The notes below the pieces were generated by a model. The model was not told where the DNA came from. It worked only from the letters and a program-made list of their open reading frames with translations, and ran no database searches. A DNA stretch of 64,000 bases from an uncultured Spirochaetota bacterium (GTDB taxonomy: Bacteria; Spirochaetota; UBA4802; UBA5550): assembly GCA_963827275.1 (NCBI GenBank), contig CAWHAA010000004.1, forward strand, positions 672,001 through 736,000. Direction: 5' to 3'. Shown here in pieces: positions 1 to 10,525 of the stretch. A program made the translations under genes and the position numbers. The first letter of the stretch is position 1; every line of letters starts with the position of its first letter.

Positions 1-1
1 G

Positions 2-535
2 CATGTGAGCAGGCGGATCCTCCGCTCCATGGGCCGGAAGGGCGACGCGGCGGCCTGCCGCGCGCTCGTTGAACGGCTGAGGGAGCGGGTGCCGCGCATC
101 CGCATCCGCTCCACCTTCATGACGGGGTACCCCGGCGAGACCGGGGGCGAGTTCGAAGAGCTGCTTTCGTTCCTGGAGTGGGCGCGGCTCGACCGCGTGG
201 GCGCCTTTATCTATTCCCCGGAAGAGGGCACGCGCGCGGCGGGGCTCGGCAACCCTGTGCCGGACCGGGTGAAGCAGGAGCGCCATGACCGCCTCATGGC
301 CCTCCAGCGGGACATATCGTCCCGGAAGCTGTCGGAGATGATCGGGCAGGAGGTGCGCGTGCTCGTCGAGGAGCAAATCGACGAGACGACCTGGGCGGGG
401 AGGACCGAGTATGACGCGCCGGAAGTTGACGGCATTTTTTACTTGACCGCAAGGGACGTTCGGATACATTCAATAATCAGCGCGCGCGTCACCGGTTCCA
501 CCGAGTACGATTGTATCGGCGAGCGCGCAGAGTGA
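2..535 (+). CDS. rimO: Ribosomal protein S12 methylthiotransferase RimO, C-terminal part (5' end outside window)
   Basis: RSTFMTGYPGET, YSPEEGT and GRTEYDAPEVDG motifs, TRAM tail; rimO-pgsA order. Confidence 0.9.
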   Translation, partial: HVSRRILRSMGRKGDAAACRALVERLRERVPRIRIRSTFMTGYPGETGGEFEELLSFLEWARLDRVGAFIYSPEEGTRAAGLGNPVPDRVKQERHDRLMALQRDISSRKLSEMIGQEVRVLVEEQIDETTWAGRTEYDAPEVDGIFYLTARDVRIHSIISARVTGSTEYDCIGERAE

Positions 536-566
536 GCGCGTACTGACTTTACTACCGGAGCGGACT

Positions 567-1172
567 TTGGGCATACCAAAATTCATATTTAACGTACCGA
601 ACCTCCTTTCGCTGTCGCGGATCGTGCTCATCCCGCTCCTTATCTATCTTCTCTATCAGAAGGAATGGCTGCTGGCGCTTATCCTCTTCGCGGTGGCGTC
701 GCTCACCGACATGCTTGACGGCTGGAGCGCGCGGAGGCTCAAACAGGAATCGGAATTCGGGATCTTCATCGATCCGCTCGCGGACAAGTTCCTGGTCATA
801 TCGGTGCTGGCGGCGCTCATGGTCCTTGATCCCTACCTGGAAATATTCGATTTCTGGATGATACTGGTGATCGTGGGGCGCGACGTGCTGATCACCTTCA
901 TGCGTTACCTTGCCATCCGGCGGGGGGAGACCCTTCGCACCAGCCGGTTCGGCAAAGTCAAAACCGCCTTCCAGATGATCTCCATCGTCATTATCATCAT
1001 GATCTATTTTGCGAAGAAAACAGGCATCTTTATCACCCATCAATCCGTCCCCTACTGGATCCTGGTGGGCGTCACGATACTGACGGCGCTCTCGGGCCTG
1101 CGGTACCTGTTCACCAACTGGCGCCTCCTGCTGCCGGAAAAACCGAAAAGGGACAATAACCAACCGGCATGA
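567..1172 (+). CDS. pgsA: CDP-diacylglycerol--glycerol-3-phosphate 3-phosphatidyltransferase
   Basis: PNLLSLSR, TDMLDGWSAR, DPLADK (CDP-alcohol phosphotransferase motif), GKVKTAFQ. Confidence 0.9.
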   Translation: MGIPKFIFNVPNLLSLSRIVLIPLLIYLLYQKEWLLALILFAVASLTDMLDGWSARRLKQESEFGIFIDPLADKFLVISVLAALMVLDPYLEIFDFWMILVIVGRDVLITFMRYLAIRRGETLRTSRFGKVKTAFQMISIVIIIMIYFAKKTGIFITHQSVPYWILVGVTILTALSGLRYLFTNWRLLLPEKPKRDNNQPA

Positions 1173-1648
1173 AACTAAAGGAATTCCTGTTTACCGCCTT
1201 TTATGCCGGGTACAGCCCGGTCGCACCCGGGACGGCAGGGTCGCTGGTGGGTATGGCGATCTATTTTGCCGAATACCTGGTATTCGGCGAGATCAGCTGG
1301 GTTGCAAACTGTGCCGCGGTCGCCATCCTTATCTATCCCTGTATCCTTCTTGCCGGCGCGGGCGAGCGGTTCTTCGGCAAAAAAGACCCTCCCCAGGTGG
1401 TCATAGACGAAGTGGTCGGGTACTGGATCAGCGTCCTGTTCTATCCGTTTAACTTAAAGATTGCACTCTCGGCGTTTGTTATCTTTAGAATACTGGATGT
1501 TGTAAAGCCGTGGCCTGCCGGCAGGCTCCAGAGACTCAACGGCGGCCTCGGAATTATGATTGACGATTGCGCCGTGGCGGTGTATACGAATCTGATACTG
1601 CTGGTCTCGGTCCTTGTGCTCAAGTACTTCAATATCAACGTATATTGA
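1169..1648 (+). CDS. pgpA: Phosphatidylglycerophosphatase A
   Basis: APGTAGS, DPPQVVIDEVVG, FRILDVVKPWP, GIMIDD; overlaps pgsA stop (ATGA). Confidence 0.92.
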   Translation: MKLKEFLFTAFYAGYSPVAPGTAGSLVGMAIYFAEYLVFGEISWVANCAAVAILIYPCILLAGAGERFFGKKDPPQVVIDEVVGYWISVLFYPFNLKIALSAFVIFRILDVVKPWPAGRLQRLNGGLGIMIDDCAVAVYTNLILLVSVLVLKYFNINVY

Positions 1649-1683
1649 CACGGGAGGGAGGCCCTGAGGAGCCGCTGAACGAC

Positions 1684-2535
1684 ATGACAACTATACTCCG
1701 GATACAACTCGCAGCCTTCATGGTTTTCCTGTTCTGCGGCATTTCATCCACGGCCGAAAACAAGGCGGCGCAGAAACAGCAGGATGAAAAGGATTACTGC
1801 GTCTCCTGCCACGAGGCGCAGGAGACCCCTTCCCTGAAAGACCCCGTAACCCAGTGGAAATCCGGTGTCCATGCCGGCGAGGGCATGAAATGCTCCCTCT
1901 GCCATGGCGGAGACCCGGGTGTGAACGACAAGCTAAAAGCCAAAAGCAAGCTGACGAATTACACCGGCAAGCCTGACAAAAAGAAGATACCCGGGTTCTG
2001 CGGGCGGGAGGGCTGCCATGCCGCGGCACTGGACCAGTTCAGGCGCGGTCCGCACTATGGTTCCGTGCAGGAGACCGGCGACCCCGGGTGCGTGTTCTGC
2101 CATGGCGCGCATGATATCCGGCGCACCTCGGTCGATGTCATTACCGCGCAATCATGCGCATCGTGCCACCCGGCAGATTATTCGAAAGAGATCGTAACAA
2201 TGATCGGCGATATCGACCGGTCGATCGCCGGTATCGACGCCGGTATAAAAGGATTGACGGATAAAGAGGCGGATGTCACCGGGATGAAGGACCGCCTCAA
2301 CAATGCACGCCGCCTGTTCCACCAGATGGTACATGTCTTTTCCCGGGATGATATGCAGTCCAGCAGGAAAATCATAGAGGTCGAGATTAAAAGCCTCGAA
2401 TCGGAAGCGAGGTCCAAGACCGCCTCGATCCAGCGGCTGGACATACTCTATGTCACCATGGCGGTGTTCGGCCTGGCCATTATCTTCGGTATGATCCTGT
2501 ATGTCATGATAATGTACAGCAGAAGAAAAAAGTGA
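1684..2535 (+). CDS. Membrane-anchored multiheme cytochrome c
   Basis: Signal peptide; CVSCH, CSLCH, CVFCH, CASCH plus CGREGCH; C-terminal TM helix; start set at ATG 1684. Confidence 0.8.
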   Translation: MTTILRIQLAAFMVFLFCGISSTAENKAAQKQQDEKDYCVSCHEAQETPSLKDPVTQWKSGVHAGEGMKCSLCHGGDPGVNDKLKAKSKLTNYTGKPDKKKIPGFCGREGCHAAALDQFRRGPHYGSVQETGDPGCVFCHGAHDIRRTSVDVITAQSCASCHPADYSKEIVTMIGDIDRSIAGIDAGIKGLTDKEADVTGMKDRLNNARRLFHQMVHVFSRDDMQSSRKIIEVEIKSLESEARSKTASIQRLDILYVTMAVFGLAIIFGMILYVMIMYSRRKK

Positions 2536-2542
2536 CCCGCGG

Positions 2543-3028
2543 ATGAGAAGCCATCTCTTCAATACCGAAAAGCTGAAATATGTCCGGGGCAGCAAGCCGG
2601 ATGTCGGTTGTATCCTCTGCGCAATACGGGACGGCGACCCCGGCGTGGAAAACCTTGAGGTGGCCCGCCGCGACGGGTTTATCGTGTCGGTCAACCTGTA
2701 CCCCTTCAACCCCGGACACCTGATGATATTTCCTCTCAGGCACGTGACAACCCCCGGCGACCTCACCGACGCAGAGGCCCTGTCGATGCACCGCCTCCTC
2801 GCGGAAACCCTGCGGATCCTCGGGGAGGAGTTCAGCCCGGCCGGCTTCAATGTGGGGTACAACCTCGGAAGCCACAGCGGCGCCAGCATCCCCCACCTCC
2901 ACCAGCACGTGGTCCCCCGCTACGGCAACGAGGTCGGCTTTCTCGACGTCCTGTCCGGCACGAGGCTCGTGGTGGTCGACCCCGCCGATGCGCGGGAACG
3001 CCTCCGGAAGAGATTCTCGAACGGGTAA
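2543..3028 (+). CDS. HIT family hydrolase
   Basis: CILC, NLYPFNPGHLM, HLHQHVVPR histidine triad. Confidence 0.9.
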   Translation: MRSHLFNTEKLKYVRGSKPDVGCILCAIRDGDPGVENLEVARRDGFIVSVNLYPFNPGHLMIFPLRHVTTPGDLTDAEALSMHRLLAETLRILGEEFSPAGFNVGYNLGSHSGASIPHLHQHVVPRYGNEVGFLDVLSGTRLVVVDPADARERLRKRFSNG

Positions 3029-3125
3029 TATCACCCCGGGGCGTCCGGTGACGGAAGGTCCCCGGCAGCAATAGCGTCAGGGGCGCCCCCCCGCAGTCAT
3101 CACACCACCAGGCAAGGAGAATGCC

Positions 3126-3425
3126 ATGCAGCAGAAGGATAAGGACGTTAAGATAGAAGTGAAGGTCGAGGAGGGCATCGCCGCGGGTATATTCGCGAAT
3201 TATTCCAACATCAGCCATTCGCCCGAGGAGTTCGTGTTCGACTTCATCTTTGTCCACCCGGCGCCGCCGCCGGGGTTCGGCAAGCTCATGTCGCGGACGC
3301 TGCTCACCCCGGGCCACGCGAAGAGGTTCCTGCTCGCGCTCAGCCAGAATATCCGCGAGTACGAGGAGCGCTTCGGCGAAATCGACATGCACGCCAGGGC
3401 GGACAGCGGCGGGAGCGTGCAGTGA
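3126..3425 (+). CDS. DUF3467 family protein
   Basis: GIFANYSNISHSPEEFVFDF...HAKRF...YEERFGEI pattern; RBS AAGGAG. Confidence 0.8.
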   Translation: MQQKDKDVKIEVKVEEGIAAGIFANYSNISHSPEEFVFDFIFVHPAPPPGFGKLMSRTLLTPGHAKRFLLALSQNIREYEERFGEIDMHARADSGGSVQ

Positions 3426-3997
3426 CCGTGCCGCTCCGGCGCCTCAACACGGCGCGGCCGGCGCTGTGCGCCTTCGCGGCGGCCCTCGCCTTCGTGTTCC
3501 CCGCCCCGGCGTGGAGCGCGGACCCGCTCCTTCCGTCAACGGGCGGCGCCGGGCTTTACGCGCGCGAGGCCACCGGCGGAGAAAAAAATTTCTTCGCGCT
3601 CCAGGCGCATTACGTTAAATGGAACGAGGGGCTCTTCGGGAGCCGCAGGTACCACGAGGGCAGGCTCTGGCGCTTCCTCATCTCCCTCCTCGGGAAGGAG
3701 ATCACCACCGGGCATGATTTCATGCTGGCGTCTCCCGAGGGGGTGTATGACAAGCAGGTGATCTGCATCTTCCCGTCATACCGGTGGCTCTATATCCACG
3801 GGGACCTTGACGAGGAGTCGGTGAAAAGCATAACCGGCAACGACTACGCGGCGCTCAAGGGGTGGTGGCGGTCGGGGAGACTGGTGGCGGTGACCGGGAA
3901 GTTGAAAAAATTCAAGCTTGACTGGGACGCGCAGGGCGACACGCTGCACCTGTGGCTTGATAAAGTCACAATGCTCGATGGGGAAGGGAAAAAATAG
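3422..3997 (+). CDS. Hypothetical exported protein
   Basis: Signal-peptide-like N-terminus (..PAPAWSA), overlaps previous stop. Confidence 0.6.
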   Translation: MTVPLRRLNTARPALCAFAAALAFVFPAPAWSADPLLPSTGGAGLYAREATGGEKNFFALQAHYVKWNEGLFGSRRYHEGRLWRFLISLLGKEITTGHDFMLASPEGVYDKQVICIFPSYRWLYIHGDLDEESVKSITGNDYAALKGWWRSGRLVAVTGKLKKFKLDWDAQGDTLHLWLDKVTMLDGEGKK

Positions 3998-4175
3998 CCC
4001 TGCCGAAGATATTTTTTCCCGTAGCGGCGGTATATTGATTGACATAATCCGCCTCTTTTGAGGAATATAGTCTTACGGCGGGGTCATTCCCGCCTTTTAA
4101 ATGTCCCCGGGTTCTCGCGGACAACGATGCCGGGAAGCGATCTGGTGCAAGATTAAGGAGCGACAAGAGGTACTG

Positions 4176-4547
4176 ATGATAGTAATAGAAAGCATAAACC
4201 ATATAGGGATCAGCGTATCGAACCTTGAGGAATCGGTTAAATTCTACAAGGAAATATTCGATTTTGACATGATCGACAAGGCCAGCGGTCCCGGCCTGGC
4301 GTTCATGCGCGTCGCCGATATCACCATCGGGCTGTACGAAGTGGCGGGATACAAGAGCACGGACAACTCGAAGTCGCGGATCTCTTTTTATGTTGACGAA
4401 GAGGATTTTGAGGACGCGGTGGAGGAGATCCAGGAGCGCGAGATTGAGATAGTATTCGGCCCTGAAAATATCCGCAAAGGCAAGACGGTCGTCTTTCTCG
4501 ATCCTGATAAAAACCAGATAGAGCTGTCCTATCCGATGGTGGGATAG
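4176..4547 (+). CDS. VOC/glyoxalase family protein
   Basis: INHIGISVSNLEESVKFY...FLDPDKNQIEL; RBS GAGG before ATG 4176. Confidence 0.85.
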   Translation: MIVIESINHIGISVSNLEESVKFYKEIFDFDMIDKASGPGLAFMRVADITIGLYEVAGYKSTDNSKSRISFYVDEEDFEDAVEEIQEREIEIVFGPENIRKGKTVVFLDPDKNQIELSYPMVG

Positions 4548-4570
4548 CATTCCCTCGGGGGAACGCGCCG

Positions 4571-5203
4571 GTGGCTGTAGATCTTGTTTCAATATTCAAA
4601 ACCAACCGGGTCATCCCGGTTGCGCAGTTTGACGACCGGGAGTCCGCCCTGAAGACCGCCGGGCTCCTGGTACGCAATTCAATCGGCATCCTCGAAATAA
4701 CCCTCCGCACCGAAAGCGCCATTGAAAATATCCGTGCCGTGTGCAAGGAATACCCCGCGCTCACCGTGGGGGCGGGCAGCGTGCTGTCCACGGACTCGCT
4801 GGCGAAGGCATGCGATGCCGGCGCCTCGTTCTGCGTCGCGCCCGGCATGGACCCCGGGCTCGTCGATTACGCCGAAGAGAGGGGGGTCCCCTTCATCCCC
4901 GGCGTTTCCACGCCCACGGAGCTCAATACCGCGCTCAAAACATGTGAGCTGATAAAAATATTTCCCGCATCGCTCCTGGGCGGGGTGGAATACATCAAGG
5001 CGGTGTCCGCGCCCTTCCGGAGCAGGATCTTCCACCTTGTGCCCACCGGCGGCGTGACTAAGGACAACTACCTCGATTACCTGAAACAGGAGCGGGTCAT
5101 CGCGGTGGGGATGTCCTATATCGTCGATACCGCGCTGGTCATGAAGGGCGATTACGCCGCCCTCGACGAGCGGATGAAGAACGTCATGTCAGCGCTGGCA
5201 TAG
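4571..5203 (+). CDS. eda: KDPG/KHG aldolase
   Basis: LEITLRT, VGAGSV, PGVSTPTE, KIFPA, PTGGV. Confidence 0.88.
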   Translation: MAVDLVSIFKTNRVIPVAQFDDRESALKTAGLLVRNSIGILEITLRTESAIENIRAVCKEYPALTVGAGSVLSTDSLAKACDAGASFCVAPGMDPGLVDYAEERGVPFIPGVSTPTELNTALKTCELIKIFPASLLGGVEYIKAVSAPFRSRIFHLVPTGGVTKDNYLDYLKQERVIAVGMSYIVDTALVMKGDYAALDERMKNVMSALA

Positions 5204-5214
5204 CGCGCCGCGGG

Positions 5215-6171
5215 ATGCAGCTGGAACCCCTCCTCACCCGTGCACTGTCAAAACGCGGGAAGCTCCTTGCCGACCCGGATCTCGACTGCTGCCGGCTCTT
5301 CAATGGCGATGGTGACGGCGTGCCGGGACTCTGCGTGGACCGGTACAACGAGTATCTCCTGGTGCAGTATTACGAGCCGGGCCTCGCGTCGATGGGCGGC
5401 GGTATCCTCCGCGCCATCGACGGTATCGTCCCGCTGCTCCCCGCGCCGCCGAAGGGCGTTTTATTCAAAGACAGGACCCGGCACGCCGGGGCGCCGGACC
5501 CCGCCGATGCGGCGAAAAGCGTGCTGCTCTCCGGATCGCTCCCTCCCGGGGACTACACCGTGCGACAGAACGGCGTGCGTGCCGCGGTGGACCTGCTGAA
5601 GGGCCAGAACACCGGCATATTCATGGACATGCGCGAAGTACGCGACCGTCTCGCCGGGTACTATTCCCGCAGCGACACCCTGATCAATCTTTTCAGCTAT
5701 ACCGCCCTGTTTTCGGTCCATGCGCTCATGCACGGCATCGCGGGGGCGATAAACGTGGACCTCTCGAGGGGGGTGCTGGAGCGGGCCAGGGCCAACTACC
5801 GCCTGAACGGCCTTCGGATCGACGCGCGCGACTTCATTTACGGCGATTCAATTGAGTGGATCAGGCGTTTCCGCAGACAGGGCAAGGCCTTCTCCTTCGT
5901 GGTGTTCGACCCGCCGACTTTTTCAAGGAACCGCAAGAGGACCTTTTCGACGAAAAAGAACTACCGTGATTCGCTGGCCCTGGTCACCGATATTGCCCGG
6001 GGGGGATACGCCCTCACCTCGGTGAATTCCTATTCCGTGACCCGCGAGGAATACCTCTCGTACCACCCGGACGGGTGGCGATTGGAGTTTTTTGCCAATG
6101 AAGCATCGGACTTCACCCACGCCGGCAACCCCTACCTCAAGGCGGGCCTCTGGAAAATAAAAAACTCTTGA
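5215..6171 (+). CDS. Class I SAM-dependent methyltransferase, RlmI/YwbD-like without PUA domain
   Basis: RLFNGDGDGVPGLCVDRY, GQNTGIFMDMR, NLFSYT, FDPPTF. Confidence 0.8.
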   Translation: MQLEPLLTRALSKRGKLLADPDLDCCRLFNGDGDGVPGLCVDRYNEYLLVQYYEPGLASMGGGILRAIDGIVPLLPAPPKGVLFKDRTRHAGAPDPADAAKSVLLSGSLPPGDYTVRQNGVRAAVDLLKGQNTGIFMDMREVRDRLAGYYSRSDTLINLFSYTALFSVHALMHGIAGAINVDLSRGVLERARANYRLNGLRIDARDFIYGDSIEWIRRFRRQGKAFSFVVFDPPTFSRNRKRTFSTKKNYRDSLALVTDIARGGYALTSVNSYSVTREEYLSYHPDGWRLEFFANEASDFTHAGNPYLKAGLWKIKNS

Positions 6172-6236
6172 CAGGCGCTGTTTGAAAGTGAACGTTTAAT
6201 GTGATATTTGTTCAGACGCAGTCAGCCTGGTGCACT

Positions 6237-6824
6237 ATGGTATACCTTTCATTAGCCCTTATATTTCTCGGGATCCTCATTTTCCTGTATTCCATCATAC
6301 TGGATTCGAAGAAACGCCGCGGGGACAATGCGCGGAGAGGCCCCGCGGAGATGACGCGGCGCGAGGACGGGGAGCGTCTGCCGCGGAAGGCCGCTGCTGC
6401 CGGCAATACCAGGGCCACGGGCCCTGCCGCTCCCGGTGCGGGAATAAAGCGACATGCGGCCCCCGGGGGCGGGCCCGGCGCGGCGGCCGGTGATCAGGCG
6501 GTCTTATTTGAAGACAGCTCCCGGATTATTGATTACGGCAGTGAAACGGGAAGCATTGACGCCAGCCTGCAGGGATACAAGAAGATCAAGCGTATCGGAA
6601 GCGGGAAGCTCATGGTCGAAAAGGGCGGGATAACGTTCTTTATGGACAAAAAGCTCTACCGGTACGATTTTCACCGGGTCCGCGACCTCAAACCCGGGAG
6701 CAGGCACCTCGCCCTCTTTCTGCACGGGAGCAAGGCGGTCAAGCTGTTTATCGTTGAACCGGAGAGCGGCATTATCAGCGCGGTAAATGACGCCTACCAT
6801 GAATACCTGCGGAGCTCGGCGTAA
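6237..6824 (+). CDS. Hypothetical membrane-anchored protein
   Basis: N-terminal TM helix, coding-like ORF in operon. Confidence 0.6.
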   Translation: MVYLSLALIFLGILIFLYSIILDSKKRRGDNARRGPAEMTRREDGERLPRKAAAAGNTRATGPAAPGAGIKRHAAPGGGPGAAAGDQAVLFEDSSRIIDYGSETGSIDASLQGYKKIKRIGSGKLMVEKGGITFFMDKKLYRYDFHRVRDLKPGSRHLALFLHGSKAVKLFIVEPESGIISAVNDAYHEYLRSSA

Positions 6825-6825
6825 C

Positions 6826-7825
6826 ATGTACGACAGATACAAGAGTAAAAAGAAAAACACCGGCATATACAAATTCCTTGTCGCGGTCATCCTTATCGCG
6901 GCCGCCGTGTACCTCGGGGTGCGCTACCAGCACTACCTGGCGTTCTGGAAATACAACCAGAGCAAACTTGAAAAGAAGATCGAAGCGATGCGGCTTATCA
7001 AGGACGCGGACAGGCGCCGGGAAGCCATCGTTGACCTGTCGGACGCCTATGAGCGGTTGAAACTGGAGCGGATGACAGACCCGGATACCTTTTTCGTCTC
7101 CGGTGAGCTGCATTATATGATGGGCGAATCGTACCTGCCCGGCAGCTTTTCGGAGCTGTATATCAACGACCGCGTGTCAGAGGCGAGCAGGGAGGCGAAG
7201 GCCGAGTTTCTGAAGGCCATCCGGGACATCAAGAAGGCCGCCGCGCTGGATAACGGGGCCATGGACGATCGCCCGCTGCTTCATGCTCGCCAAGGCCGCC
7301 CTGTACGCCGATTATTATACACCTGCCGAGATATTCCTCATGATTGAAAAGACCGGGGAAACAATCAAGCAGAAGGGCGTGGAGAACATACGCTTTTACT
7401 CGATGGTCACTATCGCCAACAGGCGCGAAGATTACGGCCTGAAATACCTGGCGGAACACGGCATGGTGCGCGACAATATCCAGGGGAAGCTCTTTTATGC
7501 CACGGCCGAGCGCCTGGCGAAAAAATACACCGGGGCCATCGTGACCTACAAGGACGTGCTCGCGCGGACGTCCGACGAACGGGTGCGCAAGCTGGTCCAC
7601 ATCAACCTGGGGAAAATTTATTTCAACCAGACCCTCTACCGGGAGTCGCTCGACCAGTTTTCCCTGGCCCTGAAGATCGACGCGAAAGACTCCGTGCCGA
7701 AGATCTGGATCGGAAAGAACTATTCAGCCATGGGCGAGAAGGACAAGGCGAAGGCGATCTGGAGCGAGGTGCTGACTACTGACGGGATGAACACCGAAGC
7801 GAAAGCGCTGATGAAGATGATGTAG
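6826..7825 (+). pseudogene. Membrane-anchored TPR protein split by a +1 frameshift near 7270-7280 (pseudogene or assembly error)
   Basis: ORF 6826-7347 degenerates after GAMDDR; TPR-like helices continue in ORF 7283-7825. Confidence 0.7.
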
Positions 7826-8055
7826 CCCGCCCTCCCGGCTGGTGTGGCCGGTTGATGGAATATCTTAGAAAAATATTGATAATCACTTGACAAAAATTGA
7901 GCTTATTGTAGTAAAAAGTCCAGTATTTTCAGTTCTCAATCCCGGCATTATTTGCCAGTTTGGGGTTTTCCATCGACCCCCTCCACCCCCGCGCTGGGGC
8001 TTTTATTTATCAGAATGGAAAAAATTTTTTCGCAATCAGCCAGAGGAGTATATAC

Positions 8056-9081
8056 ATGGTTTTTGACTCGCTGTATGGGATGTTTTCAAACGATATGGGC
8101 ATCGATCTCGGTACCGCCAATACCCTGGTCCATGTGAAGGGGCAGGGGATCGTTCTTTCGGAACCCTCCGTCGTGGCGGTCCAGACAAGCACCGGGAAGG
8201 TCCTTGCCGTTGGCCACGAAGCGAAGCGAATGCTGGGCAGGACCCCGGGCGACATCGTCGCGATCCGGCCCATGAAGGACGGCGTCATCGCCGATTTCGA
8301 GACCGTTGAAAAGATGATCAGGTATTTTATCACCAAGGTGCACAAGCGGAAGACGCTGGTGCGGCCGCGGGTCGTCATCGGCGTCCCGTCGGGGATCACC
8401 GAGGTGGAAAAGCGGGCGGTGCGTGAATCGGCGGAACAGGCCGGCGCGCGCGAGATATTCCTCATCGAAGAGGCCCTGGCCGCGGCCATCGGCGCCAACA
8501 TCCCCATCCATGAGCCGGCCGGGCACATGGTGGTCGATATCGGCGGCGGCACCACGGAGATCGCGGTCATATCCCTCGGCGGGATGGTCATCGCGGATTC
8601 GATCAGGATCGCCGGCGACGAGTTCGACGACGCCATCATCAAGTACATGCGGACCCAGTACAACCTGGTCATCGGCGAGCGGATGGCGGAGGAAGTGAAG
8701 TTCAGGCTCGGGAACGCGTTCCCCGAGAAAAAGGTAGAAACGATGGAGCTGAAGGGGCGGGACGCGATATCCGGCCTTCCCCGCACCCTGGAGATAGATT
8801 CGTCGGAGATCCGCAAGGCCCTGAAGGAGCCGGTCGACCAGGTGCTCGACGGCATCAAGCACGCGCTTGAGAAGACCCCGCCGGAACTCGCGGCGGACAT
8901 CGTCGAGCGGGGGATCGTCATGACGGGCGGCGGCTCCCTCCTCAAGGGGCTCGACAAGTTCATCAGCAAGGAGACCGGCGTGCCGGTGATCCTGGCCGAG
9001 AACCCGCTGACCTGCGTGGTCCTCGGGGCGGGGAAGTTTCTCGAGGAGATCAAGCACCTGTACCGGGCGAACCTGAAGTAA
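8056..9081 (+). CDS. mreB: Rod shape-determining protein MreB
   Basis: [43 protein letters not shown]. Confidence 0.98.
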   Translation: MVFDSLYGMFSNDMGIDLGTANTLVHVKGQGIVLSEPSVVAVQTSTGKVLAVGHEAKRMLGRTPGDIVAIRPMKDGVIADFETVEKMIRYFITKVHKRKTLVRPRVVIGVPSGITEVEKRAVRESAEQAGAREIFLIEEALAAAIGANIPIHEPAGHMVVDIGGGTTEIAVISLGGMVIADSIRIAGDEFDDAIIKYMRTQYNLVIGERMAEEVKFRLGNAFPEKKVETMELKGRDAISGLPRTLEIDSSEIRKALKEPVDQVLDGIKHALEKTPPELAADIVERGIVMTGGGSLLKGLDKFISKETGVPVILAENPLTCVVLGAGKFLEEIKHLYRANLK

Positions 9082-9088
9082 CATACGG

Positions 9089-9122
9089 CGTAAAGGCGCG
9101 GTCACGTGACCGCGCCTTTACG
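9089..9122. terminator. Perfect 34-bp palindrome between mreB and mreC (terminator or stability hairpin)
   Basis: CGTAAAGGCGCGGTCAC-GTGACCGCGCCTTTACG. Confidence 0.6.
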
Positions 9123-9154
9123 TTATACATCACCGACAAAGAGAATAAGCTGAC

Positions 9155-10024
9155 TTGGAATTTATAATACGACATAAGAGCATCGTTGCATTCATCTCCT
9201 TTACGCTGTTCTGCATAATATCACTTTCGGTACAATCCAGCACGTTCACCCTCACTTCCGAGGGCATCATAAGCGCGCTCACGATGCCGTTCCAGAAGGC
9301 GTATGACGGCATCCAGGGCGGCATATCCCGGATATGGGCGGGCTTTACCGAGCTCACCGAGGTGCGCGACGAGCTTAAGATGACGCGCGCCAAGCTCCAG
9401 AAATACGAATCGATGACCGAAGAGATGAGCGAGATCAGGCGCGAGAACGACCGTCTCAGGGGGCTCCTGGCCATGAAGGAGCGGGTTGAGTTCAAATCGA
9501 TACCCGCCTCGATCATATCCAAGGACCCGGACAACTGGTTCCGCACCATTATCATAAACAAGGGCGCGAGCGAAGGCATCAAGGAAAACATGCCGGTCAT
9601 CGCCTACCAGGGCGGGCAGCAGGCCGTCGTGGGCACCGTCATCGAGGTGCGGAACAGCATATCGCGGATCGCGCCCATCATCTCCCCGGTCGTCCGGATC
9701 GGCGTGAAGCTCCAGGAGAGCCGCTTCCCGGGCCTCCTCAGCGGGTATTCGGGCAACTCGAACCTCTGCAAGATGGACTATATCAGCCGCGCCGCGTTCA
9801 TTAAGTTCAACGACGTGGTGATAACCTCCGGCCAGGGCGGGGTGTTCCCGCCGGGGCTCATCGTCGGCACCGTCATCAAGTCCTATGCGCTCGAATCAAG
9901 CGCGTACCAGCGCGCCATCGTCAAGCCGGTGATCGATTACAACCTCGTGGAAGACGTGTTCGTCATAAAAAAGGACCTGGACAAAGACCTGTTTGAAATC
10001 TTTGAGGCAGAGAAGGCAGAATGA
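9155..10024 (+). CDS. mreC: Rod shape-determining protein MreC (TTG start)
   Basis: TM + coiled coil, ENDRLRGLL, IIINKG, TSGQGGVFPPGL. Confidence 0.95.
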   Translation: MEFIIRHKSIVAFISFTLFCIISLSVQSSTFTLTSEGIISALTMPFQKAYDGIQGGISRIWAGFTELTEVRDELKMTRAKLQKYESMTEEMSEIRRENDRLRGLLAMKERVEFKSIPASIISKDPDNWFRTIIINKGASEGIKENMPVIAYQGGQQAVVGTVIEVRNSISRIAPIISPVVRIGVKLQESRFPGLLSGYSGNSNLCKMDYISRAAFIKFNDVVITSGQGGVFPPGLIVGTVIKSYALESSAYQRAIVKPVIDYNLVEDVFVIKKDLDKDLFEIFEAEKAE

Positions 10025-10524
10025 TCCTGACGTATGTATTCACCGCGATAATCATACTCCTGTCGCTGCTGATACAGGGGCACACCTCGTTTGACGTGCT
10101 CCGCATCGCCGGCGTCAAGCCCGACCTCATCTTCATCACCGTGGTCTATCTTTCCTACTGCTTCGGGTCGTTCTACGGCGAGGTCACCGGGTTTATCAGC
10201 GGCCTGATGCACGACGCGGTCTCCAACTCGCCGCTCGGCATGCTCACCTTCCCAAAGTTCGCGATCGCTTTCGTGGTGGGGCTGTACGGCAGGTCGCTCT
10301 TCAGGAGCAACATCCTGACCACGTCGCTCCTCCTGTTCGCCGCGTCGATTGTCAAGGGCTTCATCACCCTGTTCCTCTGCTACGTGTTCAACGAGGCGTC
10401 CGCCTCGTCGGTGCTGAGCATCATACTCCCGGAGGCGTTTTACAACGCGCTGCTCGCGCCGCCGCTGTTCTTTATCTTCGACAAGATATTCGAAGGAGAA
10501 CTGGACAAAGAGGGGTACCGGTAA
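10021..10524 (+). CDS. mreD: Rod shape-determining protein MreD
   Basis: GVKPDLI, polytopic membrane protein, synteny. Confidence 0.92.
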   Translation: MILTYVFTAIIILLSLLIQGHTSFDVLRIAGVKPDLIFITVVYLSYCFGSFYGEVTGFISGLMHDAVSNSPLGMLTFPKFAIAFVVGLYGRSLFRSNILTTSLLLFAASIVKGFITLFLCYVFNEASASSVLSIILPEAFYNALLAPPLFFIFDKIFEGELDKEGYR

Positions 10525-10525
10525 C

